Shown here one piece after another: positions 54,393-63,541 of a DNA stretch of 64,000 bases (position 1 is its first letter; every line of letters starts with the position of its first letter). The DNA is from Eubacteriales bacterium (GTDB taxonomy: Bacteria; Bacillota; Clostridia; Oscillospirales; CAG-272). The position numbers and the translations under genes were made by a program. The DNA lies in assembly GCA_045654725.1 (NCBI GenBank), contig JAZONX010000039.1, forward strand, positions 6,747 through 70,746, read 5' to 3'. The notes under the pieces are model-generated. The model was not told the origin of the DNA, made no database searches, and was given only the letters and a program-made list of their open reading frames with translations.

Positions 54393-55238
54393 TTATTTAC
54401 CTAAATTTTTATAAAATTCTTCTATTTTCTTCTCTTGATAGTCACCGCCGTAGCATCCGTCTGCGAGCCTGCCAAGTCCTTCGGAGATAAATTCTTCCCA
54501 GCTCGCCTTTTCCTTGCCCACGAGAATGGGGAAGAAATAGATGCCATTGCGCCCCGCTGCGTCGAGATCGCCGGGTGCATCGCCACACATTACTACATTT
54601 ATATTATTATAGCCTTTTTTGATAAGCTCGCTGATGCAGTAAGATTTGCTTCCGTCATTCTGCGAGGTTACGACGTCAACGTGCTCCATCAAGCCGTACA
54701 TTTCCCATTCCTCAAGCACCGCATCGAGGTTCGCGCTCGAAACGATTGCAACGTCGGCGATTCTGTGTGCCGCTTTAAGACCTTCTTTTGCCATAGGGAA
54801 GGGGAGCTTGTTTTCGTTTGGAAGGGAATTGATCGCATCGTTGACCTTTTTGCTCCAGTTGAGAGCCTTCTCAAAGATTTTATCCTGCGGTCTTTTCTCA
54901 ATTACCTTTGCGAGCGCGCCCCCCGAAAGCTCGGGAGCAGAGTTGGTCCACTCTTTGAGCAGTTCAACGCCCTCGATGGGGCAATATTTTTCGTTTATCT
55001 CGCTGAGCGCCAGCGAAAGACCTTTAAATCTATTTATCCCGCGCGTTACAGTATAAAGGTTGATTTCGTTCCAGCGCGCAAGTATTTCCTCCTGCCAACG
55101 CTCCAAGCACCACTCCTCAACCATACACGGACCGAAGCATCTGAAATGCTTTATATCCATGGTGTCCATTGCACAGCCGTCGCTGTCGACACATACTAGC
55201 ATGTTGGTTCTTCTTTTGAATTCGGACAAGGTTTTCAT
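54393..55238 (-). CDS. HAD-superfamily hydrolase
   Basis: Motif I VCVDSDGCAMDT, and motif IV MCGDAPGDLDAA. Start set at ATG 55238 after AAAGGAA. Confidence 0.7.
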   Translation of the reverse strand: MKTLSEFKRRTNMLVCVDSDGCAMDTMDIKHFRCFGPCMVEEWCLERWQEEILARWNEINLYTVTRGINRFKGLSLALSEINEKYCPIEGVELLKEWTNSAPELSGGALAKVIEKRPQDKIFEKALNWSKKVNDAINSLPNENKLPFPMAKEGLKAAHRIADVAIVSSANLDAVLEEWEMYGLMEHVDVVTSQNDGSKSYCISELIKKGYNNINVVMCGDAPGDLDAAGRNGIYFFPILVGKEKASWEEFISEGLGRLADGCYGGDYQEKKIEEFYKNLGK

Positions 55239-55735
55239 GAACGTTTCCTTTTCTTTTTGCATAATATCTAAAATAATTATACTATATTTCTTCAAAAAAT
55301 ACAAGAAAATATTACTTTTTTAAAAAATATCTTAAATATCTGAGGGGTTGGAAGAAAAAAGCGTAATTTTAGCGTGTGAATTAAAAACTTTCAAAAATTA
55401 CATTATTATTTCCTTGTTTGAAGGGTAAAAAAATAACAGATAAAAGGTCCCAAACGAACACTAAACGACTGTTATTTGTTTAATATGCCCAAATGATAGC
55501 ATTTGTTTGGGCGAAACGAGGGTCTGAAAATGCTTCTTTGTGTCAAAAATGCACAAAATCATTCTGTCTTTTTATATGCATATTTACTGCATAATCTATG
55601 CATAATTATTCGTCAAAAAATGTCAAAAATGAAGGAAGTTGTCAAATTCGTTCAAAAAATGCCCTGTTTTTGCCCCAAAATGAAGGCGGATGCAAAAAAA
55701 TCTTCAAAAAAGTGAAAAAAATATTCAAAAAGGGG

Positions 55736-55764
55736 TTGACAAATGAAAATTCTTGATGTATAAT
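55736..55764 (+). promoter_or_regulatory. Promoter of the ABC importer operon
   Basis: TTGACA, 17 nt, then TATAAT. It is preceded by ~200 bp of phased A-tracts and followed by a ~200-nt leader. Confidence 0.6.
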
Positions 55765-55969
55765 AGGCACATCCATTTTATTTTTGACGGAAACGATTTA
55801 GTTACTGACTGCACCAGGCGATGCGGTTACCGCTTCTGCTCGGTGCAAAACGATTTTATAAAATATTTTTATTTTTAAGATGGATTTCGTTGTATATTTA
55901 CTATAGGTTTTATTTAGAATATTTACCATAGGTTAAATATAAAAATATCTTTAGAAAGGACTTTTTATC

Positions 55970-58606
55970 ATGAAAAGTACAAAGATTTTAGCTCTCTTGC
56001 TTGTAGTTGTTATGTGCTTCTCTCTCTTCGCTGCTTGTGGCAAGAAGAACAATGACAATAACGACAACAGCAATAACAACAATCAGCCTCAGGGCCCTTC
56101 ATTCTCTCCTGTTGGTTCCTACAAGGATCCTTCTGTGTATGACACCATATTCGCAGGCGGTTCTGTAACCACCAACAAGATTACTGCTGGTGCCGGCGGT
56201 ACTGTTACCACCGACGTTTATGCAGGCCTTGCTGGCAAGGACTACACCGATTCCAAGGTTTACACCTACAAGGATTACCTTGCTGGTATGTCCGGCCTTA
56301 ACTGGAACCCCCTTTCTTGGGAGACCAACGACGACTCTTACGTTCTTGGTTTCATCACCATGGGCTTCTATGATTTCGCAATCAACTCCACCAAGGACGG
56401 TTATTCCGTAGTTCCTGAAATGGCAGCTGAGCTTCCTGTTGACGTAACTGCTGACTACGTTGGTAAGTACGGTATCGCAGAAGGCGACTCCGCTAAGGCT
56501 TGGAAGATCGCTCTTAATCCCGACGCAAAGTGGCAGGATGGTACTCCCATCACTTCTGCTGACTATATTTACTCTATGACTCAGCAGCTCGATCCCAAGG
56601 CTCTTTACAGACGTGCTGACTCCTACTACGCAGGTGATTTCCAGCTTTACAACGCTAAGGAATATCTCTACCAGGGTCAGGCAGGCCTCTTCGCAGCTAC
56701 TACTTCTTACACCGAATACTCCACAGATCTTGATTCCGAGCTTATCTTCACACTCGCTCCCGCAGGTGGCGATTATCTTGAAGAGTGCGCTATGAGAACC
56801 ATCATGGGCTTCCCCGCATCCTATGATGCAGCTGCATGTGCAGCATACCTTATCGGTTCTTACGGCGGTGATATGCCCGCATTTACCGCTGAGGCAGCAG
56901 CAGCTATGGAAGGCAAGACTCTTGCTGAGATCAAGGCTGACGCCACTCTCGCAGCTGCTTGGACTGACCTTCTTGGTTGGTGGCAGACCGAGCCCAACGA
57001 GGAGCTTCACTTCTTCGTAGCAGAGGGCGCATATCCCGAAATGTCCTTCGACGAAGTAGGTCTTATCGCAGTTGACGATTACACTCTCGTTTACATCACC
57101 GTTGCTCCTACTGAGGAAGCATCCTTCTACGTTCCTTACAACCTTTCTTCTTGCTGGCTTGTTCACGAGCCTACCTTCGAAGCATCCAAGACTTACTACG
57201 ATGCAGACGGTAACTCTGAGGGCGTAACAGCTGAGAATGCTGTAAGAGTAACTTCTAACTACTTCACTAAGCTTGAAAATACCATTTCCTACGGTCCTTA
57301 CAAGATGACTGCTTTCCAGGAAGGTAAGGCGATCGTATTCGAAAGAAACGAGAACTGGTATGGTTATCACGACAATAAGCACCTTGGTCAGTTCCAGACC
57401 GACGTTATCGACGTAACTGTTATCGATAATGACAAGACCGCTCTTCAGGTATTCCTTCAGGGCGACCTTGCAGGTAAGGGTCTCTCCTCCGAGTACTTCG
57501 ATGACTACGCTTCTTCCGATCGTCTTCAGTACTCTCCCGAGTCCTACACCACAAAGCTTACATTCAACACTAATTATGAGAGCCTTCTCGCTCTTGGCGG
57601 CAACCAGCAGCTTCTCTCTCTTCTTGACTTCAGAACTGCTTTCGGTCTTGCTGTAAATAAGGAAGCATTCGTTTCCCAGTACACCTCCGCAGGTGAGGCT
57701 GGCTTCGGTCTTCTTAACTATCAGTACTGCTACGATCCCTTCTCCGGTGCTATCTACCGTGATTCCGATTACGCTAAGAAGGCACTTGTTGAGTACTATG
57801 GTATCGAGTACGGCGAGGGCAAGGACTTCGAAGACCTTGACGAGGCTTACAACGCTATGACAGGTTACGACCTTGACGCAGCAAAGGCATTCATGCAGTC
57901 CGCATACGATAAGGCTGTTGCAGCTGGTATGTACGACGGTCAGTCTGACGTTGTTCTTGAGATCCTTGTTTACAACACCGAGGATATCTACGTTAAGATG
58001 GTTAACTTCTTCAACGATGCTCTTGAGGCAGCTACCGAGGGTACTTCCTTCGATGGTCTTGTATCCGTTGAGCTTAAGGTTGACGCTGACTACTACGAGT
58101 CCATGTACGCTGGTAACGCAGCAATGATCTTCTCCACTTGGGGCGGTGCTGCTAACTCTCCCTTCACTATGCTTAGCCAGGTATACGTTGACGATTCTAC
58201 CGGTCACGGTAACCAGATGGAGTTCGGCTTCGAGACAGAGAACATCATGATGTCTATCACCGTTGACGGCGAGGAAATTACCGATTCTCTTAAGAACTGG
58301 TCCGACTGGTGCGGTAGCGCAAGCGTTCCTTCTCTTGAGGGCAAGCTTGGCCTCTTCACAGACTATGACTATGACACCAGATGTGCATTCTTCGCAGCAT
58401 GTGAGAAGGTTTACCTTCAGGGCTATGCAACCTTCGGTCTCTACTACAGAAACTCCGCTTCTCTTCTTTCTTACAAGATCGAGAACGGCTGTGAGGCTTA
58501 CCTCCAGCTCGTAGGTCGTGGTGGTATCAGATTTATCACCTACAACTACGACGATGCAGAGTGGGAGAACGTTAAGGGCACATTCAGCTACACATCTTCC
58601 AAGTAA
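55970..58606 (+). CDS. ABC transporter substrate-binding lipoprotein, family 5 (Opp/Dpp-type), enlarged (878 aa)
   Basis: Lipobox LFAAC after a signal peptide, then an N/D-rich linker. The family-5 SBP core is recognisable (…WQDGTPITSADYIYS…, …ERNENWYG…). Confidence 0.8.
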   Translation: MKSTKILALLLVVVMCFSLFAACGKKNNDNNDNSNNNNQPQGPSFSPVGSYKDPSVYDTIFAGGSVTTNKITAGAGGTVTTDVYAGLAGKDYTDSKVYTYKDYLAGMSGLNWNPLSWETNDDSYVLGFITMGFYDFAINSTKDGYSVVPEMAAELPVDVTADYVGKYGIAEGDSAKAWKIALNPDAKWQDGTPITSADYIYSMTQQLDPKALYRRADSYYAGDFQLYNAKEYLYQGQAGLFAATTSYTEYSTDLDSELIFTLAPAGGDYLEECAMRTIMGFPASYDAAACAAYLIGSYGGDMPAFTAEAAAAMEGKTLAEIKADATLAAAWTDLLGWWQTEPNEELHFFVAEGAYPEMSFDEVGLIAVDDYTLVYITVAPTEEASFYVPYNLSSCWLVHEPTFEASKTYYDADGNSEGVTAENAVRVTSNYFTKLENTISYGPYKMTAFQEGKAIVFERNENWYGYHDNKHLGQFQTDVIDVTVIDNDKTALQVFLQGDLAGKGLSSEYFDDYASSDRLQYSPESYTTKLTFNTNYESLLALGGNQQLLSLLDFRTAFGLAVNKEAFVSQYTSAGEAGFGLLNYQYCYDPFSGAIYRDSDYAKKALVEYYGIEYGEGKDFEDLDEAYNAMTGYDLDAAKAFMQSAYDKAVAAGMYDGQSDVVLEILVYNTEDIYVKMVNFFNDALEAATEGTSFDGLVSVELKVDADYYESMYAGNAAMIFSTWGGAANSPFTMLSQVYVDDSTGHGNQMEFGFETENIMMSITVDGEEITDSLKNWSDWCGSASVPSLEGKLGLFTDYDYDTRCAFFAACEKVYLQGYATFGLYYRNSASLLSYKIENGCEAYLQLVGRGGIRFITYNYDDAEWENVKGTFSYTSSK

Positions 58607-58662
58607 TATAAACGGAAACTTATTCCGTGAATAACGGCTAGGCTTTTAATTAGGCTTTAGAC

Positions 58663-58712
58663 ACCCAAACCGTGACCGTCCTTCGGGGCGGCCACGGTTT
58701 GTGTGGTCTTTT
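58663..58712 (+). terminator. Intra-operon hairpin / partial terminator after the SBP gene
   Basis: A ~19-bp imperfect GC-rich stem around a TTCG loop (…AAACCGTGACCGTCC TTCG GGGCGGCCACGGTTT…), followed by GGTCTTTT. Confidence 0.6.
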
Positions 58713-58844
58713 GAAGAATGTTTTTTTGACAAAAAACATTTGATAATCAGTTGCTTTCGCATTAGGTAAGATAAAATAACCTAAGAAAGCTTGTATTTTT
58801 TAGGTAATTTTCTCTTGCCTACTGTGCAAGAAAGGAGAAATAAA

Positions 58845-59804
58845 ATGGCAAAATACGTATTGAAAAGAATACTGTTAATGCTGTTCACGCTTTTCGTAAT
58901 ACTTACGATGTGCTTCGTTTTGATCAAGCTTTTGCCCCTTCCTGCAATTAAGACGATTGACGCAGACGTTAACCTTATTTATATGAGACGTGAACAGATG
59001 GGATACGGTAAGCCCATCATGGTTCAGTATTTCATCTTCTTGAAAAATGTTCTTACCAGATGGGATTGGGGTCTTGGTGAGCAGATGTATGCTACTCAGG
59101 AGGTTTGGGATATACTTATCAACAGACTTCCCTATACAATGGTAGTTAACCTTTATTCTATTCTTATTGCTATACCTATCGGACTTGCTTTCGGTATTTT
59201 GGCGGCTCTTAAGAAAAATAAGTGGCAGGACCACGTGATTTCACTGATGACAATGGTGCTAATCTCGGTGCCCAGCTACGTTTACTGTTACTTGATACAA
59301 TATCTATTCTGCTTTAAGTTGGGATGGTTCCCGATCCAGATTTATAAGGAATGGGAGGCGTCGCTACTCAGCGGCAAAATGTTCTACTCGATGCTACCCG
59401 CGGTGCTTGCACTCGGTCTCGGTGTTATTGCCGGTCTTACCAGATACACCCGTGCGGAGCTTTCCGAGGTGCTTACCGGCGAGTATATGTTGCTTGCGAG
59501 AACCAAGGGTCTTACCAAGGCGCAGGCTATCACAAGACATGCTATGCGTAACGCGATGGTAGTTATTCTCCCTATGATTATCGGTGAGTTTATCGGTATT
59601 ATCGGTGGATCGCTTATCATTGAGCAGATGTTCGGTATCCCCGGTGTAGGAAGCCTGTATATTACGTCGATCAATATGAAGGACTACAACTTCTTCATGG
59701 CGCTCACTACGTTCTATACGTTTATCGGTCTTCTTTCGGGTATTGTGATTGATATAAGCTACGGATTTATCGATCCGAGAATTAGGATGGGCTCGAAAAA
59801 ATGA
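58845..59804 (+). CDS. ABC transporter permease (OppB/DppB-type)
   Basis: MAKYVLKRILLML start after AAAGGAGA, and the EAA loop region RTKGLTKAQAITRHAMRNA. Confidence 0.9.
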   Translation: MAKYVLKRILLMLFTLFVILTMCFVLIKLLPLPAIKTIDADVNLIYMRREQMGYGKPIMVQYFIFLKNVLTRWDWGLGEQMYATQEVWDILINRLPYTMVVNLYSILIAIPIGLAFGILAALKKNKWQDHVISLMTMVLISVPSYVYCYLIQYLFCFKLGWFPIQIYKEWEASLLSGKMFYSMLPAVLALGLGVIAGLTRYTRAELSEVLTGEYMLLARTKGLTKAQAITRHAMRNAMVVILPMIIGEFIGIIGGSLIIEQMFGIPGVGSLYITSINMKDYNFFMALTTFYTFIGLLSGIVIDISYGFIDPRIRMGSKK

Positions 59805-61348
59805 TGAATAATACAAGTTATCTTAATATTCCAAAAGAAAAGTTCGAGTTCGTAACCCGTACCGAAAAGATTCACGACCAGAAGCTCGACACTAAGCCTA
59901 TCGGCTACTTCAAGGACGCTTGGCTTAGATTTAAGAAGAACAAGAGCTCGGTTGCGGCATTCGCAATCATAATGATTCTCGTTCTTTTTGCTATCGTTGG
60001 TCCTTTCCTGACACCCTACGAGCTTTCGGATCATGACGGCTTTTATGCTAATGCGCTTCCCAAGAGCGAGTTCTTCTCGAAGTTTGGCTTCTGGGACGGC
60101 ACACGTATGCGTACCGATAGCAAGGCTGGTTTTGACTACTACAACTCCATCGGTGCTGAAAGTGGTATGGATGCGGTTGTCGGTGATGTCGAAATAATCC
60201 AAAACGGTGACGGCGGAACCTCTTACAAATTCAAATTGGATTCCTACTATAAGGTAGGCTACTTCATTGAAACCCTTTCAAAGGATCAGTATGAGGCTCT
60301 TAAGGAGTATCAGAACAGCACGGGCATTCAGGTTATTTATCCTATGCCCCTCAACTACAAAATAAATTATTCTATTGGTAACACCGGCGCAAACCTTTGG
60401 TACAAGCTTGAGGATGAAAGCGCTTCTACCACCGGCGCGGCTGTTTACGATGAGAATGGTAATTATATCCCCAACTATCTTACCACCGAGAATGCCAAGG
60501 GCATAAAGGCGGTTGTTGACAAGTCCTACGACAGCTTGCGCATCAAGGGCGACGACGGAACCTATGCTTATGCGGTAAAGGTGCAGGGCGGTGTTAAGGT
60601 AAGAGTTAATTATTATGAGTACTACAAGATGAAGAACGGACACGAGCCCTCCTTCCTCTTCGGAGCAAACGGCTACGGTCAGGACATCTTCTGCTGTCTT
60701 GCTAACGGCGCTCGTCTTTCCTTCCTTCTTGCAATTGCGGTTTCTGTTATCAACCTCACTCTCGGTGCTATCTACGGCGCTATTGAAGGTTACTACGGCG
60801 GAGCTGTAGATATGATAATGGAGCGTATTTCGGATATTTTGGCGTCCGTTCCCTTCATCGTTGTTGCGACCCTCTTCCAGCTTCACCTTGCAGATAGGGT
60901 GGGCGTCTTGGGATCGCTGCTATTCGCCTTCGTTCTAACGGGATGGATCGGAATGGCGGGACGAGTTCGAATGCAGTTCTACCGCTTCAAGGGTCAGGAA
61001 TATGTTCTTGCAGCGAGAACTCTCGGCGCAAAGGACGCAAGAATAATGTTTAAGCATATCTTCCCGAACTCGCTTGGTACAATCATTACCGGCTCGGTTC
61101 TTGCTATTCCCGGTGTTATCTTCTCGGAGTCGATGCTGTCATTCCTTGGTATCGTTAACCTTGAGACCTCGCCGAAGCTTATGAGTATCGGTACTATGCT
61201 TTCTCAGGGTAATGACTCCCTGACGTCCAACCCTCATATTCTTCTGTTCCCTGCAGTATTCATTTCGCTTCTCGAGATTTCGTTCAACCTCTTCGGTAAC
61301 GGTCTTCGTGACGCTTTCAACCCATCGCTTCGTGGAGTGGAGGAATAA
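59801..61348 (+). CDS. ABC transporter permease (OppC/DppC-type) with ~200-aa extracytoplasmic insertion
   Basis: ATGA overlap with the upstream gene. TM1 is followed by a long soluble segment (~60026-60656), then the canonical core with ARTLGAKDARIMFKHIFPN. Confidence 0.85.
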   Translation: MMNNTSYLNIPKEKFEFVTRTEKIHDQKLDTKPIGYFKDAWLRFKKNKSSVAAFAIIMILVLFAIVGPFLTPYELSDHDGFYANALPKSEFFSKFGFWDGTRMRTDSKAGFDYYNSIGAESGMDAVVGDVEIIQNGDGGTSYKFKLDSYYKVGYFIETLSKDQYEALKEYQNSTGIQVIYPMPLNYKINYSIGNTGANLWYKLEDESASTTGAAVYDENGNYIPNYLTTENAKGIKAVVDKSYDSLRIKGDDGTYAYAVKVQGGVKVRVNYYEYYKMKNGHEPSFLFGANGYGQDIFCCLANGARLSFLLAIAVSVINLTLGAIYGAIEGYYGGAVDMIMERISDILASVPFIVVATLFQLHLADRVGVLGSLLFAFVLTGWIGMAGRVRMQFYRFKGQEYVLAARTLGAKDARIMFKHIFPNSLGTIITGSVLAIPGVIFSESMLSFLGIVNLETSPKLMSIGTMLSQGNDSLTSNPHILLFPAVFISLLEISFNLFGNGLRDAFNPSLRGVEE

Positions 61349-61351
61349 GAT

Positions 61352-63541
61352 ATGGCAAAGAAATTACAAGTTAAAAATTTAAGAATTTCCTTCAGAACCG
61401 TATCGGGTAAGGTACAGGCTGTTAGAGGAATCAACTTCGACCTTGAGCAGGGCGAAACTCTCGCTATTGTTGGTGAGTCCGGCTCGGGTAAGTCTGTAAC
61501 CTCGAAGGCTATACTTGGTATTCTCGCAGGCAACTCTATCGTTGAGGGCGGCGAGATTATGTACGACGGCAAGGATCTACTCAAGATCCCCGAGGAGGAC
61601 TTCCACAAGATTCGTGGCGACAAGATTGCGATGATCTTCCAGGATCCTCTCTCCAGCCTTAACCCTATCGTTAAAATCGGTAAGCAGCTTACCGAGGCGA
61701 TGATTCTTAAGAATAAGCTCAGCCGTAAAACCGGTAGAATAGAGTTCAATGCTATGCTTGAGCATCTTAAGAACAACATCAATGAGGCGGTTGCTGATCG
61801 AGGTATTGACAGTCGCGAAATCGACAATATGATTAAGACCTTCGATAAATTTAATATCGAAGCAATTAAGTTTGAGAATAGCTACAACACCGCATACGCT
61901 CATGCAGAAGAGCTGATTTCCTATATTGAAGATAAGCTCTTCTTAATCAGCAAGAGACAGAAGCTTGAAATTAAGGGCGTGTACGGTAGCATTGCTAAGA
62001 AGCTTAACGACGTTAAGGATCATTTCCTTACCGCTGACTTTGATGATGAGATCTCTGCTATGAAGGCGGAGCTTCTCGCTGCAAAGGCAAGCTACGTTGC
62101 TCCTGAGCTCAATGCGGACGGCACAAGACCCGAGCTTCCTGCTCACGTGAGCGAGCTTCTTAACAGGGTAAAGGATCTTATGGCGAAGGTTACCGCTTCC
62201 AAGCGTCCCGATTTCCTTCGTATTGGTTATTACAAGTATAGAATTCAGCAGGCTGTTATTGCTAACAAGAACCTTGCCGAGCTCGATGAAAAGGCTCTTA
62301 GAAAGTCTATGGATGAGTATATGAAGCACTTCGCAGAGCTTGAGAGGGCGGGCGTTGTCAATAGCTTTAACAAATCTCTTGAGAACAAGAAGGCTCTTCT
62401 TCCCTTGATGGCAGAGGGCAAGGAGTTCTTCCTCCACGCCGACTTCACAAAGGCGGAGGCGTATAAGAAGGTTGCTGAGCTTTCAAAGGCTGTAAAGGAT
62501 TCGATAGATCCCCTTCAGTTCAACAAGGATTCCTTCGCATACACCTTTGAGAGCAGTATGACTGCTATGGTAGGCAAGTACTTTGACTCTCTCGCAAGTA
62601 ACGAGAAGGAAGAGAAGAGATATGCAAAGCAGAAGGCAAAGCACGATGCGATTATTGCAAAGGGCAAGGCTGCCGATTGGAAGGTTGTTCCCAAAGTTCT
62701 CTATGACCAGGACGAGCTTAGAGCAAAGATAGTTCTCGTTATGGATAGACTTGCAGAAAAGTATGAAAACGACATCGCTTTGGCATCCTCTGTTGACTTT
62801 GACAAGATGGCTGCCGACCTCCTTGCTTTCTTCCAGGAGAAGGCTTCGCAGGTGGTATACCGTGTAACTCCCAAGATGGCTAAGGAAAAGGCTATCAAGC
62901 TTATGGAGGAGGTTGGTATTGCCGAGCCTCGTTCTCGTTACTATCAGTATCCCTTCGAATTTTCCGGCGGTATGAGACAGAGAATAGTTATTGCTATTGC
63001 TCTCGCCGCTAACCCCGACATTCTTATCTGTGACGAGCCTACTACAGCTCTTGACGTTACTATTCAGGCACAGATTCTTGAGCTTATCAACAAGCTTAAG
63101 GCAGAGAGAAATCTCTCTGTTATCTTCATCACTCACGACCTGGGTGTTGTTGCTAACATGGCTGACAAGATTGCGGTTATGTACGCAGGTAAGATCGTTG
63201 AGCAGGGAACTGCCGAGGATATATTCTACGATCCCAAGCATCCCTACACATGGGCGCTTCTTTCCTCGATGCCTGACCTCGATACAAACGAGAAGCTCGA
63301 GGCTATTCCCGGAACGCCTCCCAACATGATTTATCCTCCCGAGGGCGATGCCTTTGCGGAGAGAAATAAGTATGCTCTTAAGATTGACTTTGAGCTTGAG
63401 CCCCCCATGTTCCAGGTATCCGAGACTCACTCTGCTGCAACCTGGTTGCTTCATCCCGATGCTCCCAAGGTTGAGATGCCTAAGATCATCAGAGAGCGTA
63501 TCGCAAAGATGAATGAGAAAGGAGAAAACCAGAATGGCTGA
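61352..63541 (+). CDS. ABC transporter ATP-binding protein (OppD-type) with ~380-aa insertion in the helical subdomain
   Basis: Walker [10 protein letters not shown]-loop MIFQDP and SSLNP are followed by a K/E/A-rich insertion (~61715-62870). Then come the signature FSGGMRQR, Walker [13 protein letters not shown] and the H-loop ITHDL. Confidence 0.9.
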   Translation: MAKKLQVKNLRISFRTVSGKVQAVRGINFDLEQGETLAIVGESGSGKSVTSKAILGILAGNSIVEGGEIMYDGKDLLKIPEEDFHKIRGDKIAMIFQDPLSSLNPIVKIGKQLTEAMILKNKLSRKTGRIEFNAMLEHLKNNINEAVADRGIDSREIDNMIKTFDKFNIEAIKFENSYNTAYAHAEELISYIEDKLFLISKRQKLEIKGVYGSIAKKLNDVKDHFLTADFDDEISAMKAELLAAKASYVAPELNADGTRPELPAHVSELLNRVKDLMAKVTASKRPDFLRIGYYKYRIQQAVIANKNLAELDEKALRKSMDEYMKHFAELERAGVVNSFNKSLENKKALLPLMAEGKEFFLHADFTKAEAYKKVAELSKAVKDSIDPLQFNKDSFAYTFESSMTAMVGKYFDSLASNEKEEKRYAKQKAKHDAIIAKGKAADWKVVPKVLYDQDELRAKIVLVMDRLAEKYENDIALASSVDFDKMAADLLAFFQEKASQVVYRVTPKMAKEKAIKLMEEVGIAEPRSRYYQYPFEFSGGMRQRIVIAIALAANPDILICDEPTTALDVTIQAQILELINKLKAERNLSVIFITHDLGVVANMADKIAVMYAGKIVEQGTAEDIFYDPKHPYTWALLSSMPDLDTNEKLEAIPGTPPNMIYPPEGDAFAERNKYALKIDFELEPPMFQVSETHSAATWLLHPDAPKVEMPKIIRERIAKMNEKGENQNG

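Noticed and set aside
55503-55715. 70-aa Lys-rich ORF upstream of the ABC operon
   Set aside because: It lies wholly in the phased A-tract region. Its lysine-rich content simply reflects AAA/AAG runs, and there is no SD.
56099-58207. 702-aa minus-strand ORF opposite the substrate-binding protein gene (similar cases at 52923-54311, 62483-63547, 26674-27546, 3841-4776 and 45428-45988)
   Set aside because: All are mirror ORFs of genes with recognisable products on the other strand. None has its own SD or motifs.
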